Positions 19,440 to 30,666 are shown, counted from the first letter of the stretch. The stretch is DNA of 64,000 nucleotides from an uncultured delta proteobacterium (GCA_963832165.1 CAWHTE010000004.1:320001-384000), one strand, 5' to 3'. Translations and numbers: made by a program. Notes: generated from the letters alone by a model not told the origin.

Positions 19440-20172
19440 GATCGCGCTCGGGCGGGGTCTCGGCCAGCAGAGCCTCGGGTCGATCCGTGTAATCGCGCTT
19501 GGAGCCGCGCTGGCGCTCGGCGCGCTGGGCAGTCCCGTCGGTGTACGTGAAGCACTGGCCCGCGATCGGGGTCACGTCGCCCGGGCGCTCATACCCGTCG
19601 AGATCGTAGAAGCGCACGGGCGCGATATAGGCCGCGCGGCGCAGCACGATCGCGGCCTCGGCCAGATCGGGATCGAGCTCGGCCTCCGCCCACGCCTGGA
19701 ACTCACCCTTGAGCGACCGGCCATCGAACGGCGCCGCGCCGTGAATCGTCATGCCGTCGAGGCGCCAGACCAGGAGCGGCTCGCCGTCGCGCTCGAGCGT
19801 GGCCGTGGCGGTCTCGCCGGGCGGTCCCCAGACCGCGCATCGGTACTCGCGACTCGCGCGCCCCGCGGCCGCGTGCGCCACGGCCAGCCCGGCGAGGTCG
19901 AACCAGTGCGTGCAGTGCAGGCGCGCGTTCGACACCTCGCCCACGGCGGTGCAGCGCCGCGACAGCCGCATGCCCTCGAGCTCGCGCAGCGGCTCGCGCG
20001 CCTCGGCGCAGGTCGACCAGGGATGCCGCACCGCCTCGCCGTCGATCGCGATCACGCGCGAGCCGTCGTGGCGAAGCCGGACGCGGAAGTGCTGTGCGTC
20101 GTCGGCGAGCTCGCCCGCCACCTGGCGCCCGTGGGCGTCGAGTCGGACGTGGCGGCGATACACGAGTTCCAT
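19432..20172 (-). CDS. DUF2889-like hypothetical protein
   Basis: ELADDAQHF, PWSTC, HCTHWFDLAGLA, GQCFTY Cys/His pattern. Confidence 0.6.
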   Translation of the reverse strand: MELVYRRHVRLDAHGRQVAGELADDAQHFRVRLRHDGSRVIAIDGEAVRHPWSTCAEAREPLRELEGMRLSRRCTAVGEVSNARLHCTHWFDLAGLAVAHAAAGRASREYRCAVWGPPGETATATLERDGEPLLVWRLDGMTIHGAAPFDGRSLKGEFQAWAEAELDPDLAEAAIVLRRAAYIAPVRFYDLDGYERPGDVTPIAGQCFTYTDGTAQRAERQRGSKRDYTDRPEALLAETPPERDRA

Positions 20173-20260
20173 CTTGTCCGATCTGCGCTCGGCTTCGCCT
20201 CGTGGCGCGCACCCTTCAGGTGCTTGCGGCGACGGCGCGGTTCTCCACGAACCGCGCGAG

Positions 20261-20266
20261 TATAAT
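20261..20266 (+). promoter_or_regulatory. Candidate sigma70 -10 box (TATAAT), possible leaderless transcript
   Basis: Perfect TATAAT in a GC-rich divergent intergenic region, 9 nt before ATG 20276, with no evident RBS. Confidence 0.4.
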
Positions 20267-20275
20267 GCTCTCCGC

Positions 20276-21361
20276 ATGCCGCACCCCGAGAAGCGCGACC
20301 TCGAGCTCGCACGCACCCGTCTCGAGGCATTCCTCGCGCGCGGGCGCCCCGGCGCCGAGGGGCTTTCGATCGCGAACCTGCGCTCGCCGTCGACCACGGG
20401 GTTCTCGAGCGAGACGCTGCTCTTCGAAGTGAGCTGGCGCGAGAGCGGACAGGCGCGAAACGAGAGGCTCGTGGCGCGCATCGAGCCGCGCGGCTTCAAC
20501 GTATTCCCGAGCTACGACCTCACCGTGCAGTTTCGCGTGCTCGAGGCGCTCGCGCAGACGAGTGTGCCGGTCCCCGCGGTGGGCGAGCACGACTGGAGCG
20601 ACGCGACGCTGGGCGCCCCGTTCTACACGATGGAGTTCCTCGACGGCTGGGTGCCGTCCGACAACCCGCCGATGCACGCGGCTGGACGCATTGCCGAGGA
20701 GCTCACGCCCGCGGAGCGCGAGCAGGTGTGGTGGAGCGGCGTCGAGGCGATGTGCCGCGTGCACGATCTCGATCCCGAGAAGCTCGGGCTCGGCTTCCTC
20801 GACGAGCCGCAGCGCGGTGCCGACGCGCTCGCGCAACAGCTCCAATACTGGGACGAATATCTCGGCTGGGGGCTCATCGAGCGCGCGCGCTATCCGCTTC
20901 TCGAACGAGCCCTCGGCTGGCTTCGGGACCGCGCGCCCGCGAACCAGCCCGTGGCGCTGTGCTGGGGCGATTCACGGCTCGCCAACCAGATCTTCAGCGG
21001 CGTCGAGTGCATCGGCGTGCTCGATTGGGAGATGGTGCGGCTCGGCAATCCGCTCCAGGACGCCGCGTGGTGGGTGGCGCTCGACCGCTGCTTCTGGGAG
21101 GGCATTGGTCTCTCGCGTCTCGCTGGGCTGCCGGGCCGCGACGAGACGCTCGCGCACTGGCGCGACCGCACGGGCCGCAGCCTCGACGACATCGACTACT
21201 ACGAGGTGCTCGCGCTCATGAAGTTCGCCGCGATCATCGCGCGCCTCGGCCGCCAGATGAAGCACTACGAGATCCTGCCTGCGGATCACGAGATGGACGT
21301 GACCAACATGGCCTCGCTCACTCTTGCGCGGAAGCTCGATGAGCTGGGAGTTCCGACATGA
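20276..21361 (+). CDS. Phosphotransferase (APH/kinase-like) family protein
   Basis: GFSSET, LGAPFY, LCWGDSRLANQIF, VLDWEM. Confidence 0.88.
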   Translation: MPHPEKRDLELARTRLEAFLARGRPGAEGLSIANLRSPSTTGFSSETLLFEVSWRESGQARNERLVARIEPRGFNVFPSYDLTVQFRVLEALAQTSVPVPAVGEHDWSDATLGAPFYTMEFLDGWVPSDNPPMHAAGRIAEELTPAEREQVWWSGVEAMCRVHDLDPEKLGLGFLDEPQRGADALAQQLQYWDEYLGWGLIERARYPLLERALGWLRDRAPANQPVALCWGDSRLANQIFSGVECIGVLDWEMVRLGNPLQDAAWWVALDRCFWEGIGLSRLAGLPGRDETLAHWRDRTGRSLDDIDYYEVLALMKFAAIIARLGRQMKHYEILPADHEMDVTNMASLTLARKLDELGVPT

Positions 21362-22440
21362 ACGACGCCCGCATCTACTCGTGCGACGACCACCTCGACA
21401 TCTTCAGCGTGCCCCCGGATCTCTGGACCCGACGATTGCCCGAGAAGTATCGCGAGCGCGGCCCGCGCGTCGTCGAGCGCAACGGCATGCCGCTGTGGAT
21501 GGTCGGCGATCAGGCGTTCGGGATGAGCGGCAGCATGGAAGGGGTTCCCACGGCGCTCGATCGCGTGCCGGGGCTCGAGGGCGGTGGATTCCGCCCGAGC
21601 AACCCCAAGCTCCGCATGGAGGACATGGAGCGCGACGGGATCTGGTCGTCGATCGTGTACGGCCCCGCTGCGCTGTTCCGCTTCCCGATCGACGAGCGGG
21701 AGCACCTGATCTCGGTGCTGCGCGCCTGGAACGACTGGGCGGCCGAAGAGTTCAACAGCCATTCGCCCGACCGCCTGTCCGCGCTGCCGTTCCTGCCCGC
21801 GACCTCGCCCGAGGACGCGGTCGCGGAGCTCGCGCGCTGCGCCGCGATCGGCCACCGCGGCGCGATCCTGTCGCCGTTCGAAGCCGACGTGCGCGATCCG
21901 ATCTGGGATCGGCTCTGGGCCGCGGCGCAGGAGGCGCAGATCCCGATCTCGTTCCACATCGGCGGCGGCTCGAAGTTCGATCCGCGCAAGCGCGGCTGGC
22001 AGATCGCGGCCTTCGCGGCCGTGGCGCCGATGCAGATGGACGAGCCGCTCGCGGCAATGGTGTACTCGGGCGCACTCGAGCGGCACCCCGGGCTGCAGCT
22101 CGTGCTCGCGGAATCGGGCATCGGCTGGGTGCCGTACTTCGTCGCGCGCATGGACGCGACGTTCGAGAAGCACTGCAAGCACGAGGGTGCGATCCGCACG
22201 CGCCCGAGCGAGCTGTTCGCACGCCAGGTGTATGCGACGTTCGAGGAGGAGCCGTTCGGCCCCGAGCTGATCCCGCTGCTGGGTCCGGGCAACTTCATGT
22301 GGGCCTGCGACTATCCGCATCCCGACAGCACCTGGCCGCACTCGCGCGAGGCGATCGACCACGCGCTCGGCAAGCTCTCGCCCGAGGCCGTGCGCCTCGT
22401 GACGGGCGAGAACTGCCGGCGCCTCTACCGGCTGCCCTGA
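21358..22440 (+). CDS. Amidohydrolase family protein (Amidohydro_2)
   Basis: SCDDHL, AWNDW, FHIG, AESGIGW, WACDYPHPD. Confidence 0.9.
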   Translation: MNDARIYSCDDHLDIFSVPPDLWTRRLPEKYRERGPRVVERNGMPLWMVGDQAFGMSGSMEGVPTALDRVPGLEGGGFRPSNPKLRMEDMERDGIWSSIVYGPAALFRFPIDEREHLISVLRAWNDWAAEEFNSHSPDRLSALPFLPATSPEDAVAELARCAAIGHRGAILSPFEADVRDPIWDRLWAAAQEAQIPISFHIGGGSKFDPRKRGWQIAAFAAVAPMQMDEPLAAMVYSGALERHPGLQLVLAESGIGWVPYFVARMDATFEKHCKHEGAIRTRPSELFARQVYATFEEEPFGPELIPLLGPGNFMWACDYPHPDSTWPHSREAIDHALGKLSPEAVRLVTGENCRRLYRLP

Positions 22441-22454
22441 GGAGATCAGAGATC

Positions 22455-23318
22455 ATGCGATTCACGTTTGCCGAGTCGATGTGCGACCCCCACCAGCTGA
22501 TCCCGCTCGCGCAGGCGGCAGAGGACGCCGGCTACACGTCGTTCACGGTGCCCGACAGCATCTGCTTCCCGCAGTACTCGGACACCCTGTACCCGTACAA
22601 CCAGGACGGCAACCGCGAGTTCCTCGAAGGCAAGCCGTTCATCGATCCGTTCGCGTTGATGGCGGCGCTCGGCGCGTCGACGACGAAGCTGCGGTTCACG
22701 ACGTTCGTGATCAAGCTGCCGATCCGCCACCCGGTGCTCGTCGCGAAGCAGGCCACGTCGGTCGCCTATCTCACGCGCAACCGCATCTCGCTGGGCGTCG
22801 GGCTGTCGCCGTGGCCCGAGGACTATCTGATCACGAATACCGAGTGGAAGGATCGCGGCGCGCGGCTCGACGAGATGATCGAGATCCTGTACGGCCTCTC
22901 TACGGGCGAGTTCTTCGAGTACCACGGCCGCTTCTACGACATTCCCGCACTCAAGCTGTGTCCGGTGCCCGATTCGATGCCGATCCTGCTCGGCGGACAC
23001 GCCGACGCGGCTCTGCGCCGCGCCGCGCGTCTGTGCGACGGCTGGATGCACGGCGGCGGCAAGGACGACCTCGACGCGCTGCTCGTCAAGCTCGCGCAGC
23101 ACCGCAAGAACGAGGGCACCAAGAAGAACTTCGAGATCCACGTGATCTCGATGGACGCGTACACCGTCGATGGTGTCCGCCGGCTCGAGGACAAGGGCGT
23201 GACCGACGCGATCGTCGGCTTCCGCAACGCCTACCAGACCGACACCACCACGCTGCAGCAGAAGCTCGACGCGCTGCGCGGTTACGCGGATCGCGTGATT
23301 TCGAAGATGGGCGGCTGA
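22455..23318 (+). CDS. LLM class, probably F420-dependent, oxidoreductase
   Basis: [46 protein letters not shown]. Confidence 0.85.
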   Translation: MRFTFAESMCDPHQLIPLAQAAEDAGYTSFTVPDSICFPQYSDTLYPYNQDGNREFLEGKPFIDPFALMAALGASTTKLRFTTFVIKLPIRHPVLVAKQATSVAYLTRNRISLGVGLSPWPEDYLITNTEWKDRGARLDEMIEILYGLSTGEFFEYHGRFYDIPALKLCPVPDSMPILLGGHADAALRRAARLCDGWMHGGGKDDLDALLVKLAQHRKNEGTKKNFEIHVISMDAYTVDGVRRLEDKGVTDAIVGFRNAYQTDTTTLQQKLDALRGYADRVISKMGG

Positions 23319-23355
23319 TTCCGGTCGGTCCATTCGGCGTGGCCGGGTTCCGCGG

Positions 23356-24008
23356 TCACAGCGGGCCTGGGGCGTGCCCGAGCGCGCGCGCCAGTACTCG
23401 ATCACGGCCGGCATCACCGAGAGGACGATGATGGCCAGGATCACGAGCGTGAAGTTGTTCTTCACGATGGGGATGTTGCCGAAGAAGTACCCCGCGTAGA
23501 TGAACGCGACGATCCAGACGATTCCGCCGATCACGTTGTAGGCCAGGAAGCGCGCGTAGGTCATGCGTCCGATGCCCGCCACGAACGGCGCGAACGTGCG
23601 AATGATCGGGATGAAGCGCGCGATGATGATCGTCTTGCCGCCGTACTTCTCGTAGAAACGGTGCGTGCGCTCGAGGTGCTCCTTGTTGAGCAGCCGCGAG
23701 TTCTCGCGGTGGAACACGACGGGTCCGATCCAGTAGCCCGCGGCATAGTTGACCGTGTCGCCGAGGATCGCCGCGATCGCGAGCAGCGCAGAGGCCGCGA
23801 GCGGGTCGAGCGCGCCGGTGGCGGCGACCGCGCCGACCGCGAACAGGAGCGAGTCGCCGGGCAGGAACGGCGTCACGACCAGGCCGGTCTCGCAGAAGAT
23901 GATCGTGAACAGGATCCCATAGGTCCACGCGCCGTAGTCGTGCACGAGCGCCACGAGGTGCACGTCGAGGTGGAGCACGAAGTCGATGAACTGCTGGATC
24001 CACTCCAC
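23356..24008 (-). CDS. dedA: DedA family membrane protein (3' end uncertain; no nearby in-frame stop)
   Basis: [41 protein letters not shown]; nearest plausible stop (23356-23358) is in another frame. Confidence 0.8.
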
Positions 24009-24013
24009 CGCGA

Positions 24014-25000
24014 TCAGCTCCGCGCACGCAGGACCGGCAGCACCTTGGTCTCGAACAGCCGCAGCGATGCCCACGAGAGCTCCGGGTCCATGCCGCCCAT
24101 GAGCGGGTGGAACAGGATCGTGTCGAGCGGTGCCATGCCGCGCGCGACCTCGATCAGTTCCTCGGGCGTCATCAGCACGTAGTTGCCCGCAGCGCGCAGC
24201 GCGTCGGCGCTGTCGACCGGCTGATAGGGGCCCGTGGCACCGGCCTCGGCCATCCACTGCCCGTACGCGTTCATCTCGTGCATCGCGTAGGGTGCGATCC
24301 GCTCCCACGCGGCATCGGGGTCCTCCGCGAGGTAGAGGAAGTTGCCGGTCGTGCGCGGAAGCGGGCCCGGATCGGGCTTGCCGAGCTTCGCGCGCTCGTC
24401 GCGGTAGATCGAGTAGAACTGCGGCACCGTCGGAATGAAGTGATCTGCGTGGCGTGCCGCGCGGCGCGCCGCCGCCTCGGAGGCGCCGCCCATGAAGATC
24501 GGGGGGCGCGGCCGCTGCACCGGGCGCGGCGTCACGCGCACGGTGGTGCCGTTGTGCTCGAAGGGCTCGCCCGTCCACGCGCGCGTGAGCCACGGGACGA
24601 TCTCCTCCATCACGCGCGCGCGGTCGGACAGGCGTTTGCCGAACGCGCGGAACTCGGACTCGACGTAGCCGCCCGAGACCACTGGGATCACGCGTCCGCC
24701 GCTCACCACGTCGAGCACGGCGATGTCCTCGGCGAGCCGGACCGGGTCGTGGAGCGGCGCGATCAGCGCCGCGATCACGAGCCGCAGGCTGCGCGTGCGC
24801 GCGGCGATCGCGGCGCCGAACACGAGCGGGGAGGGGAGGTAGCCGTCGGGGGAGCCGTGGTGTTCCGAGAGCGTCACGGTCGCGAATCCGAGCCGGTCGG
24901 CCCACTCGCATTGGTCGAGCGCGACCGCCACGAGGTCGGCCGAGGTCGTGGTGTCGAAGGGCGCGCAGCGCAGGTCGTAGCGCAGGGAGAAGATCGGCAT
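24014..25000 (-). CDS. LLM class flavin-dependent oxidoreductase
   Basis: [39 protein letters not shown]. Confidence 0.9.
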   Translation of the reverse strand: MPIFSLRYDLRCAPFDTTTSADLVAVALDQCEWADRLGFATVTLSEHHGSPDGYLPSPLVFGAAIAARTRSLRLVIAALIAPLHDPVRLAEDIAVLDVVSGGRVIPVVSGGYVESEFRAFGKRLSDRARVMEEIVPWLTRAWTGEPFEHNGTTVRVTPRPVQRPRPPIFMGGASEAAARRAARHADHFIPTVPQFYSIYRDERAKLGKPDPGPLPRTTGNFLYLAEDPDAAWERIAPYAMHEMNAYGQWMAEAGATGPYQPVDSADALRAAGNYVLMTPEELIEVARGMAPLDTILFHPLMGGMDPELSWASLRLFETKVLPVLRARS

Positions 25001-25136
25001 GCGGAGACTCCCGGTGGGCGGCGAGGGCCCGCGAACATAGAGGACTCTGAGTCACCGGCGCACCGCCGCGGCGACCGGAGGGGCCCCCCTCGCGCACGGT
25101 GATCGGAGTATCATGGCCGGGCCACGGAGGCGTTCG

Positions 25137-26234
25137 ATGAACTTCGATTTCTCGGAAGACCAGAAGCTGCTCCAGAAGACCGCGCGCGATTATCTCGCCG
25201 AGCACTGCGGACTCGACGTGTGTCGCAGCGTGCTCGAGAGCGGCGGCACCCACAGCGACGCGCTCTGGAAGGGCGTCGCCGAGATGGGATGGCTAGGCGC
25301 TGCAGTGCCGGAGGAGTACGGGGGCGCCGGCTTCGGGCGGCTCGAGCTCGCGCTGATCGCGCAGGAGCTCGGCCGCGCGCTCGCGCCGATCCCGTTCGGA
25401 CCCACGGCGTACCTCGTGAACGAGGCGCTGCTCGAATTCGGCAGCGAAGAGCAGAAGCGCAAGTACCTGCCGCGGCTGACCTCGGGCGAGCTGATCGGCA
25501 CGTTCGCGCACAGCGAGCGGCCCGGGCGCAGCGCGGTGGGCGATGTCTCGACCCGGCTGTCGGGCGGCGCGCTCACGGGCGTGAAGTTTCCGGTTCTCGA
25601 CGGCGCGATCGCGGGGCTCGCGCTCGTGGTGGCGAAGGGCGATCGAGGTCCTGTGCTCGCGCTCGCCGAGCTCGATCAATCGGGCGTCGAGGTGACGCCG
25701 GTCGGCTCGATCGATCCGTCGCGCACCGCGAGCCGGATCTCGTTCGACGGCGCGCGCGCCGAGGCGCTCGCGAACGGCGCGGGCGAGGACGCGATCCTGC
25801 ATCTACTCGATCGCGCGGCCGTGCTCACGGCGTTCGAGCAGATCGGCGGTGCGGAGCGCGCGCTCGAGGTGACCAAGGAGTTCACGCTGCACCGCTATGC
25901 GTTCGGCCGGCCCGTCGCGTCGTTCCAGGCGATCAAGCACCGGCTCGCCGACGTGTACGCGGCGATCCAGCTCGCCACGTCGAACGCCTACTACGGCGCC
26001 TGGGCGCTCTCGACCGGTGCGAGCGAGCTCGCGGTCGCCGCGTGCGGCGCGCGGATCTCGGCCAGCGAGGCGTTCGACCTCGCGGGCAAGGAGATCATCC
26101 AGATGCACGGCGGCGTCGGCTTCACGTGGGAGTACGACTGCCACCTCTTCTATCGCCGCGCGAAGCTGCTCTCGCTCGCGATCGGCACACCCGGCGAATG
26201 GCGCGACCGCCTGATCGACCGGCTGGAGGCCTGA
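25137..26234 (+). CDS. Acyl-CoA dehydrogenase, short subunit of a paired (heteromeric-type) ACAD
   Basis: [42 protein letters not shown]. Confidence 0.9.
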   Translation: MNFDFSEDQKLLQKTARDYLAEHCGLDVCRSVLESGGTHSDALWKGVAEMGWLGAAVPEEYGGAGFGRLELALIAQELGRALAPIPFGPTAYLVNEALLEFGSEEQKRKYLPRLTSGELIGTFAHSERPGRSAVGDVSTRLSGGALTGVKFPVLDGAIAGLALVVAKGDRGPVLALAELDQSGVEVTPVGSIDPSRTASRISFDGARAEALANGAGEDAILHLLDRAAVLTAFEQIGGAERALEVTKEFTLHRYAFGRPVASFQAIKHRLADVYAAIQLATSNAYYGAWALSTGASELAVAACGARISASEAFDLAGKEIIQMHGGVGFTWEYDCHLFYRRAKLLSLAIGTPGEWRDRLIDRLEA

Positions 26235-26235
26235 G

Positions 26236-27486
26236 ATGGACTTCAACGACACCCCCGAAGAAGCTGCGTTCCGCGCCGAAGCGCGCGCGTGGCTCGATGC
26301 CAACGCGAAGCTGCGCGAGCCCGGAAAGTCCCGCGCGGGCCTGCTCGACGCCGAGGCCAACGAGGTGGGGCTGCTCGCGCGCGCGAAACAGTGGCAGAAC
26401 AAGAAGGCCGACGCGAAGTGGGCCTGCATCACATGGCCGGTCGAGTACGGCGGCCGCGGCGCGTCGAGCATCCAGAACGTGATCTTCAACCAGGAAGAGT
26501 CGAAGTACGACGTGCCGCCGAATATGTTCGGCATCGGTCAGGGCATGCTCGGCCCCACGATCATGGCGCACGGCACGCCCGAACAGAAGAAGCGCTACCT
26601 CGAGCCGATGCTGCGCGCCGACGAGGTGTGGAGCCAGCTGTTCAGCGAGCCGGCCGCGGGCTCCGACCTCGCGGGCCTGCGCACGACCGCGGTGAAGGAC
26701 GGCGACAGCTGGATCCTGAACGGCCAGAAGATCTGGACCACGGGTGCGCACTACTCCGACTGGGGGATGATCGTCACGCGCACCGACCCGCGCGCGGCCA
26801 AGCACGCCGGCATCACGTACTTCATCATCGACATGAAGTCGCCCGGCATCGAGATCCGGCCGATCCACCAGATCAACGGCTCGAAGGACTTCAACGAGGT
26901 GTTCTTCAAGGACGTGCGGGTGCCGGACGCGAACCGCGTCGGTGCAGTGAACGACGGCTGGCGCGGTGCGATCACGACGCTCATGAACGAACGCGCGTCG
27001 ATCGGCAGCGGTGGGGGCATGGGCTTCGGAGTGCAGGAGCTCCTGCGCCTCGCGCGCGAGACCGACTGGAATGGGCGCCCCGCGATCGAGGATCCGTCCG
27101 TCCGCGAGCGGATCGCGGACTTCTACTGGAAGTTCAAGGGGCTCGAGTACACCGGCTACCGCACGCTCACCTCCCTTTCCCGCGGCGCGGCGCCGGGCCC
27201 CGAGAACTCGATCGGCAAGATGATCGGTGCGCCGCTGCGCCAGGAGCTCTGCGAGTTCGCGATGGAGCTCCAGGGTGCCGCGGGCGCGACGCTCGACGCC
27301 GAGCACACCTGGCGGCGCGGGCTCGCGCAGCAGGGCTGGCTCGGGTCGCCCGGGCTGCGGCTCGCGGGCGGCACCGACGAAATCCTGCACAACATTCTCG
27401 CCGAGCGCGTGCTCGGGCTGCCGGGCGAGATCCGCGTCGACAAGGACAAGGCGTTCCAGGACATCCCGTCCGGGACGATGAGGTAA
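26236..27486 (+). CDS. Acyl-CoA dehydrogenase, long subunit
   Basis: WSQLFSEPAAGSDLAGL, NGQKIWTT, FNEVFF, GGTDEILHNILAERVLGLP. Confidence 0.92.
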   Translation: MDFNDTPEEAAFRAEARAWLDANAKLREPGKSRAGLLDAEANEVGLLARAKQWQNKKADAKWACITWPVEYGGRGASSIQNVIFNQEESKYDVPPNMFGIGQGMLGPTIMAHGTPEQKKRYLEPMLRADEVWSQLFSEPAAGSDLAGLRTTAVKDGDSWILNGQKIWTTGAHYSDWGMIVTRTDPRAAKHAGITYFIIDMKSPGIEIRPIHQINGSKDFNEVFFKDVRVPDANRVGAVNDGWRGAITTLMNERASIGSGGGMGFGVQELLRLARETDWNGRPAIEDPSVRERIADFYWKFKGLEYTGYRTLTSLSRGAAPGPENSIGKMIGAPLRQELCEFAMELQGAAGATLDAEHTWRRGLAQQGWLGSPGLRLAGGTDEILHNILAERVLGLPGEIRVDKDKAFQDIPSGTMR

Positions 27487-27499
27487 CCGGAGGATCCGG

Positions 27500-28270
27500 G
27501 TGGAGCACCGCAATCTGCGTGTGCGCACGCGCGACGCGTTCGCGCACGTGACGCTCGCGCGGCCCGAGCGGCGCAACCCCCTCTCGCTCGAGACGATCGC
27601 GGAGCTCGACGCCGCGTTCGCGGAGATCGGCGCGGGCAAGACGCGCGGCGTCCTGCTCGATGCCGAGGGTCCCGTGTTCAGTGCGGGCCACGACTTCGGC
27701 GACATGGCCGGCCGCGATCTCGCCGGTATGCGCACGCTCTTGCTGCGCTGCGCGGAGATGATGCAGCGGATCCAGCGGATCCCTCAGCCCGTGCTCGCGA
27801 GCGTGAGCGGCCTCGCCACCGCGGCGGGCTGTCAGCTCGTGGCCACGTGCGATCTCGCCGTGGCGTCGAGCGAGGCGCGCTTCGCCACGCCGGGCGGACG
27901 CGGTGGCTGGTTCTGCCACACGCCGATGGTCGCGGTCTCCCGCGCGGTCGGGCGCAAGCGCGCGCTCGAGCTCCTGCTCACGGGCGATCCAATCGACGCG
28001 GCCACCGCGGCCGATTGGGGTCTCGTGAACCGCATCGTGCCGCCCGCGGAGCTCGAGGCGGCGTCGTGGGAGCTGCTCGAGCGCGCGACACGCGGCAGCG
28101 CGTTCTCGAAGGGGCTCGGCAAGCAGGCCTATTACGCGCAGATCGATCTCGATCAGCCCAAGGCGTACGACTACGCGACCGAGGTGATGGCCTCCGCTTC
28201 GCAGCATCCCGACGCGCAGGAGGGGATGCGCGCGTTCCTCGAGAAGCGCCGCCCCGTGTTCGAGGACTGA
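27500..28270 (+). CDS. Enoyl-CoA hydratase/isomerase family protein
   Basis: FSAGHD, ATAAGCQLVATCDL, EGMRAFLEKR. Confidence 0.9.
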   Translation: MEHRNLRVRTRDAFAHVTLARPERRNPLSLETIAELDAAFAEIGAGKTRGVLLDAEGPVFSAGHDFGDMAGRDLAGMRTLLLRCAEMMQRIQRIPQPVLASVSGLATAAGCQLVATCDLAVASSEARFATPGGRGGWFCHTPMVAVSRAVGRKRALELLLTGDPIDAATAADWGLVNRIVPPAELEAASWELLERATRGSAFSKGLGKQAYYAQIDLDQPKAYDYATEVMASASQHPDAQEGMRAFLEKRRPVFED

Positions 28271-28273
28271 GCC

Positions 28274-29596
28274 TCAGTTCCTGCGCGCGCGGCGCGCGAG
28301 CGCCACGATGCTCGCGATTCCGATCGCGAGCGGTATCGGGCCCGCGGGCTCCGGCAGCCGGAAGACGTCGCCGTCGACGAGATCGAGCACGTAGAGGTGG
28401 CCGTTCGCGTCCTCGCCGAACGAGCCGATGAACGTGAGGGTGCCGATATCCGGCGCCCAGAGCGGGTCGACCGAGTGATCGGTGAGGCCGGTGAAGTTGG
28501 TCCCGTTCGCGAGCGACGGCGCCGAGCCGTCCCAGACCAGCGACCAGACGTGTCCGACGACCCAGTCGCCGAAGAAATAACGCCCCTGCCGCGACGGGTT
28601 CGGGCCCCGGTAGACGTAGCCGCCGATGATCGCGTATCCGACGAAGGCGGGGCCGTGGTCCGGGCCGCCGCACACCTTTCCGAGGTGGGGGTAGTTGAAG
28701 ATCGGATCGATCGCGCCGGGCGGCTTCGGGCCGCCGATCCCGAGAAGCGGCTGCTCGATCAGGCCCTCGCGCAGCCGCCAGCCGTAGTTCTCGCCACCCG
28801 GGCTCGCGGCCGGCTGGACGTCGAGCTCCTCGCACGAGGCCTCGCCGGCGTCGGCGATGTAGAGATCCCCGGTCAGCCGGTCGATGCTCGGGCGCCACGG
28901 ATTGCGCAGGCCATAGGTCCAGATCTCGTCGTCGCCCTCGACGGCTCGGAACGGGTTGCTGGGCGGGATCGCGTAGTTCCGGGCCGGATCGAGCGGAAAG
29001 TCGTCGCCGGTGACGTCGATGCGCAGGATCTTGCCGAGCAGGTTGTCCGTGATGTCCTGCCCATTGCCGACCCCGGGCGTGTGTCCCGGGTCGTCGTCAT
29101 CACCGCCGCCGCCATCGCCCGTGGCGATGTACAGGAAGCCGTCGGGGCCGAAGCCCATCCACCCGCCGTTGTGATTGATCTGCGGCTGCACGATGGTCAG
29201 CACGGGCGTCGCGCTCGACGGATCGGCCACGTCGCCGGTAGGCGGCCATGCGCGGTAGCGGACCACCTGGGTGTCGGGGTTGGTGTAGTTCACGTAGAAG
29301 TAGCCGTTGGAGAAGTAGTTCGGATCGAAGGCGAGCCCGAGCAGTCCCTGTTCGCCCATTTGCGAAACGCCCGGCACGGTCAGGAACGGCGTGGGGAGCA
29401 GGGTGCGATCCGCGAGGCGCACGATGCGGATCGCCCCGGTGTGCTGCTCGAGGATGAAGACGCGCGTGGGATCTGCGCGCGGTGACGTCAGGAAGACGGG
29501 TTCTTGCAGGCCGGTGGCGATGCGCTCGGTGGCGAAGCCGTCGCCCGCTAACAGCAGGACGAGCGTCCCGATCCAAAGGGCAATCCGCGTCGACAT
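28274..29596 (-). CDS. PQQ-dependent sugar (glucose/sorbosone) dehydrogenase family protein with PEP-CTERM-like tail
   Basis: Signal peptide; GEQGLLGLAFDP, NHNGG, GLRNPWR, SFGEDANG; C-terminus LPEPAGPIPLAIGIASIVALARRARRN. Confidence 0.88.
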   Translation of the reverse strand: MSTRIALWIGTLVLLLAGDGFATERIATGLQEPVFLTSPRADPTRVFILEQHTGAIRIVRLADRTLLPTPFLTVPGVSQMGEQGLLGLAFDPNYFSNGYFYVNYTNPDTQVVRYRAWPPTGDVADPSSATPVLTIVQPQINHNGGWMGFGPDGFLYIATGDGGGGDDDDPGHTPGVGNGQDITDNLLGKILRIDVTGDDFPLDPARNYAIPPSNPFRAVEGDDEIWTYGLRNPWRPSIDRLTGDLYIADAGEASCEELDVQPAASPGGENYGWRLREGLIEQPLLGIGGPKPPGAIDPIFNYPHLGKVCGGPDHGPAFVGYAIIGGYVYRGPNPSRQGRYFFGDWVVGHVWSLVWDGSAPSLANGTNFTGLTDHSVDPLWAPDIGTLTFIGSFGEDANGHLYVLDLVDGDVFRLPEPAGPIPLAIGIASIVALARRARRN

Positions 29597-29647
29597 ATAC
29601 TGCCTCTCACGCCCCGACGAGACAGGTCTATCCGAAAAGCGGCCGAG

Positions 29648-30632
29648 CTACCACCAGCCCTGCCGGCGCGCCCAGTAGAGGACGGCGGCGGCCACGACAG
29701 CCATCGACGCGAGCACCCAGCCGAGCTCGACCGGTTGAGTCTCCGCGTTGACGATGATGTTCATGCCGTAGATGCCCGACATCAGCGTGAGCGGCAGCAG
29801 CACGGCCGACATCAGCGCGAGCCGCTCCATCGCGTGGTTCATCTTCGCGCTCGTGCGCGACTGGTAGAAGTCGACGACGCCCTGGAGGAACTCCCGTTCG
29901 CTGTCGCACACGCTGCGCACGCGCTCGAAGTGGTCCATGAGGTCCTCGATGAACGGCTGCGTCTCGGGCGGCAGGAAGCGCCGGAGCGCCGACATGCGCG
30001 CGTAGAGCTCGCGGCAGGCCGCCGCCATCGTGCGCAGCGTGAGCAGCTCATGGCGCACCTGGAACATCTCCTCGAGCGCTTCCTGGAAGTCGCCGTGGTG
30101 TCGCTCGATCACGCGGCGCTCCAGCGACGCGACCTTGCGCGTGAGCCCGTCCACGAAGTTCTCCATGCGCGCTGCGATCAGCTCCACGATCGCGTGCGAG
30201 AGCTCGGCGGGCGTGGTCGGCGCGAAGCGGCCATCGAGCAGGCGCTTCGCGACCGCGCGCGTCTCGCGCAGCGCCTTCTCGAGCGGCACCTCGGGGTTGA
30301 TCGGGCCGTGCACCGTCACCAGGTACCGGTGGCTGCCGAAGTAGTCGAGCTCGAGCAGGTGGATGTGCCCGGCGGGACCGGCCTCGGGCGCGTGCAGGAT
30401 CATGAGCAGATGGTCGGGGTAGGCGTGCAGCTTCGGGATGTGGCAGCGCTCGGTGCAGTCGCGGATCGCGAGCGGATGGAAGTGGAACACCTCGGTGAGC
30501 ACGCGCTTTGCCTCTGGCGTCGCACTCCGGGATGTCGACCCACAGGAGCCCGTCCGCGCGCGCGAGCAGCTCGGGGATCTCCGCGGGACTGCGCTGCTGC
30601 GTCTTCCCGTCCGAGATCCAGTAGACGTCCAC
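29648..30632 (-). CDS. corA: CorA family Mg2+/Co2+ transporter, interrupted by one frameshift near 30515
   Basis: N-terminal WVDIPECDA in one frame joins FHFHPLAIRDC...LPLTLMSGIYGMN (GMN motif) in another if one base is removed. Confidence 0.8.
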
Positions 30633-30660
30633 GATCCCCTCCTCTCCCGCTGGAGACCCC

Positions 30661-30666
30661 TATAAT
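30661..30666 (+). promoter_or_regulatory. Candidate sigma70 -10 box (TATAAT)
   Basis: Perfect TATAAT in the divergent intergenic region, upstream of the GAGGAGG RBS and ATG 30696. Confidence 0.4.

Noticed and set aside
20276..21361. Aminoglycoside resistance gene
   Set aside because: Motifs and catabolic context fit the broad APH-like phosphotransferase family, not a known resistance enzyme
22446..25253. 935-aa ORF as a single fusion protein
   Set aside because: Only the DedA segment is protein-like; the rest overlaps two LLM genes in other frames or strands
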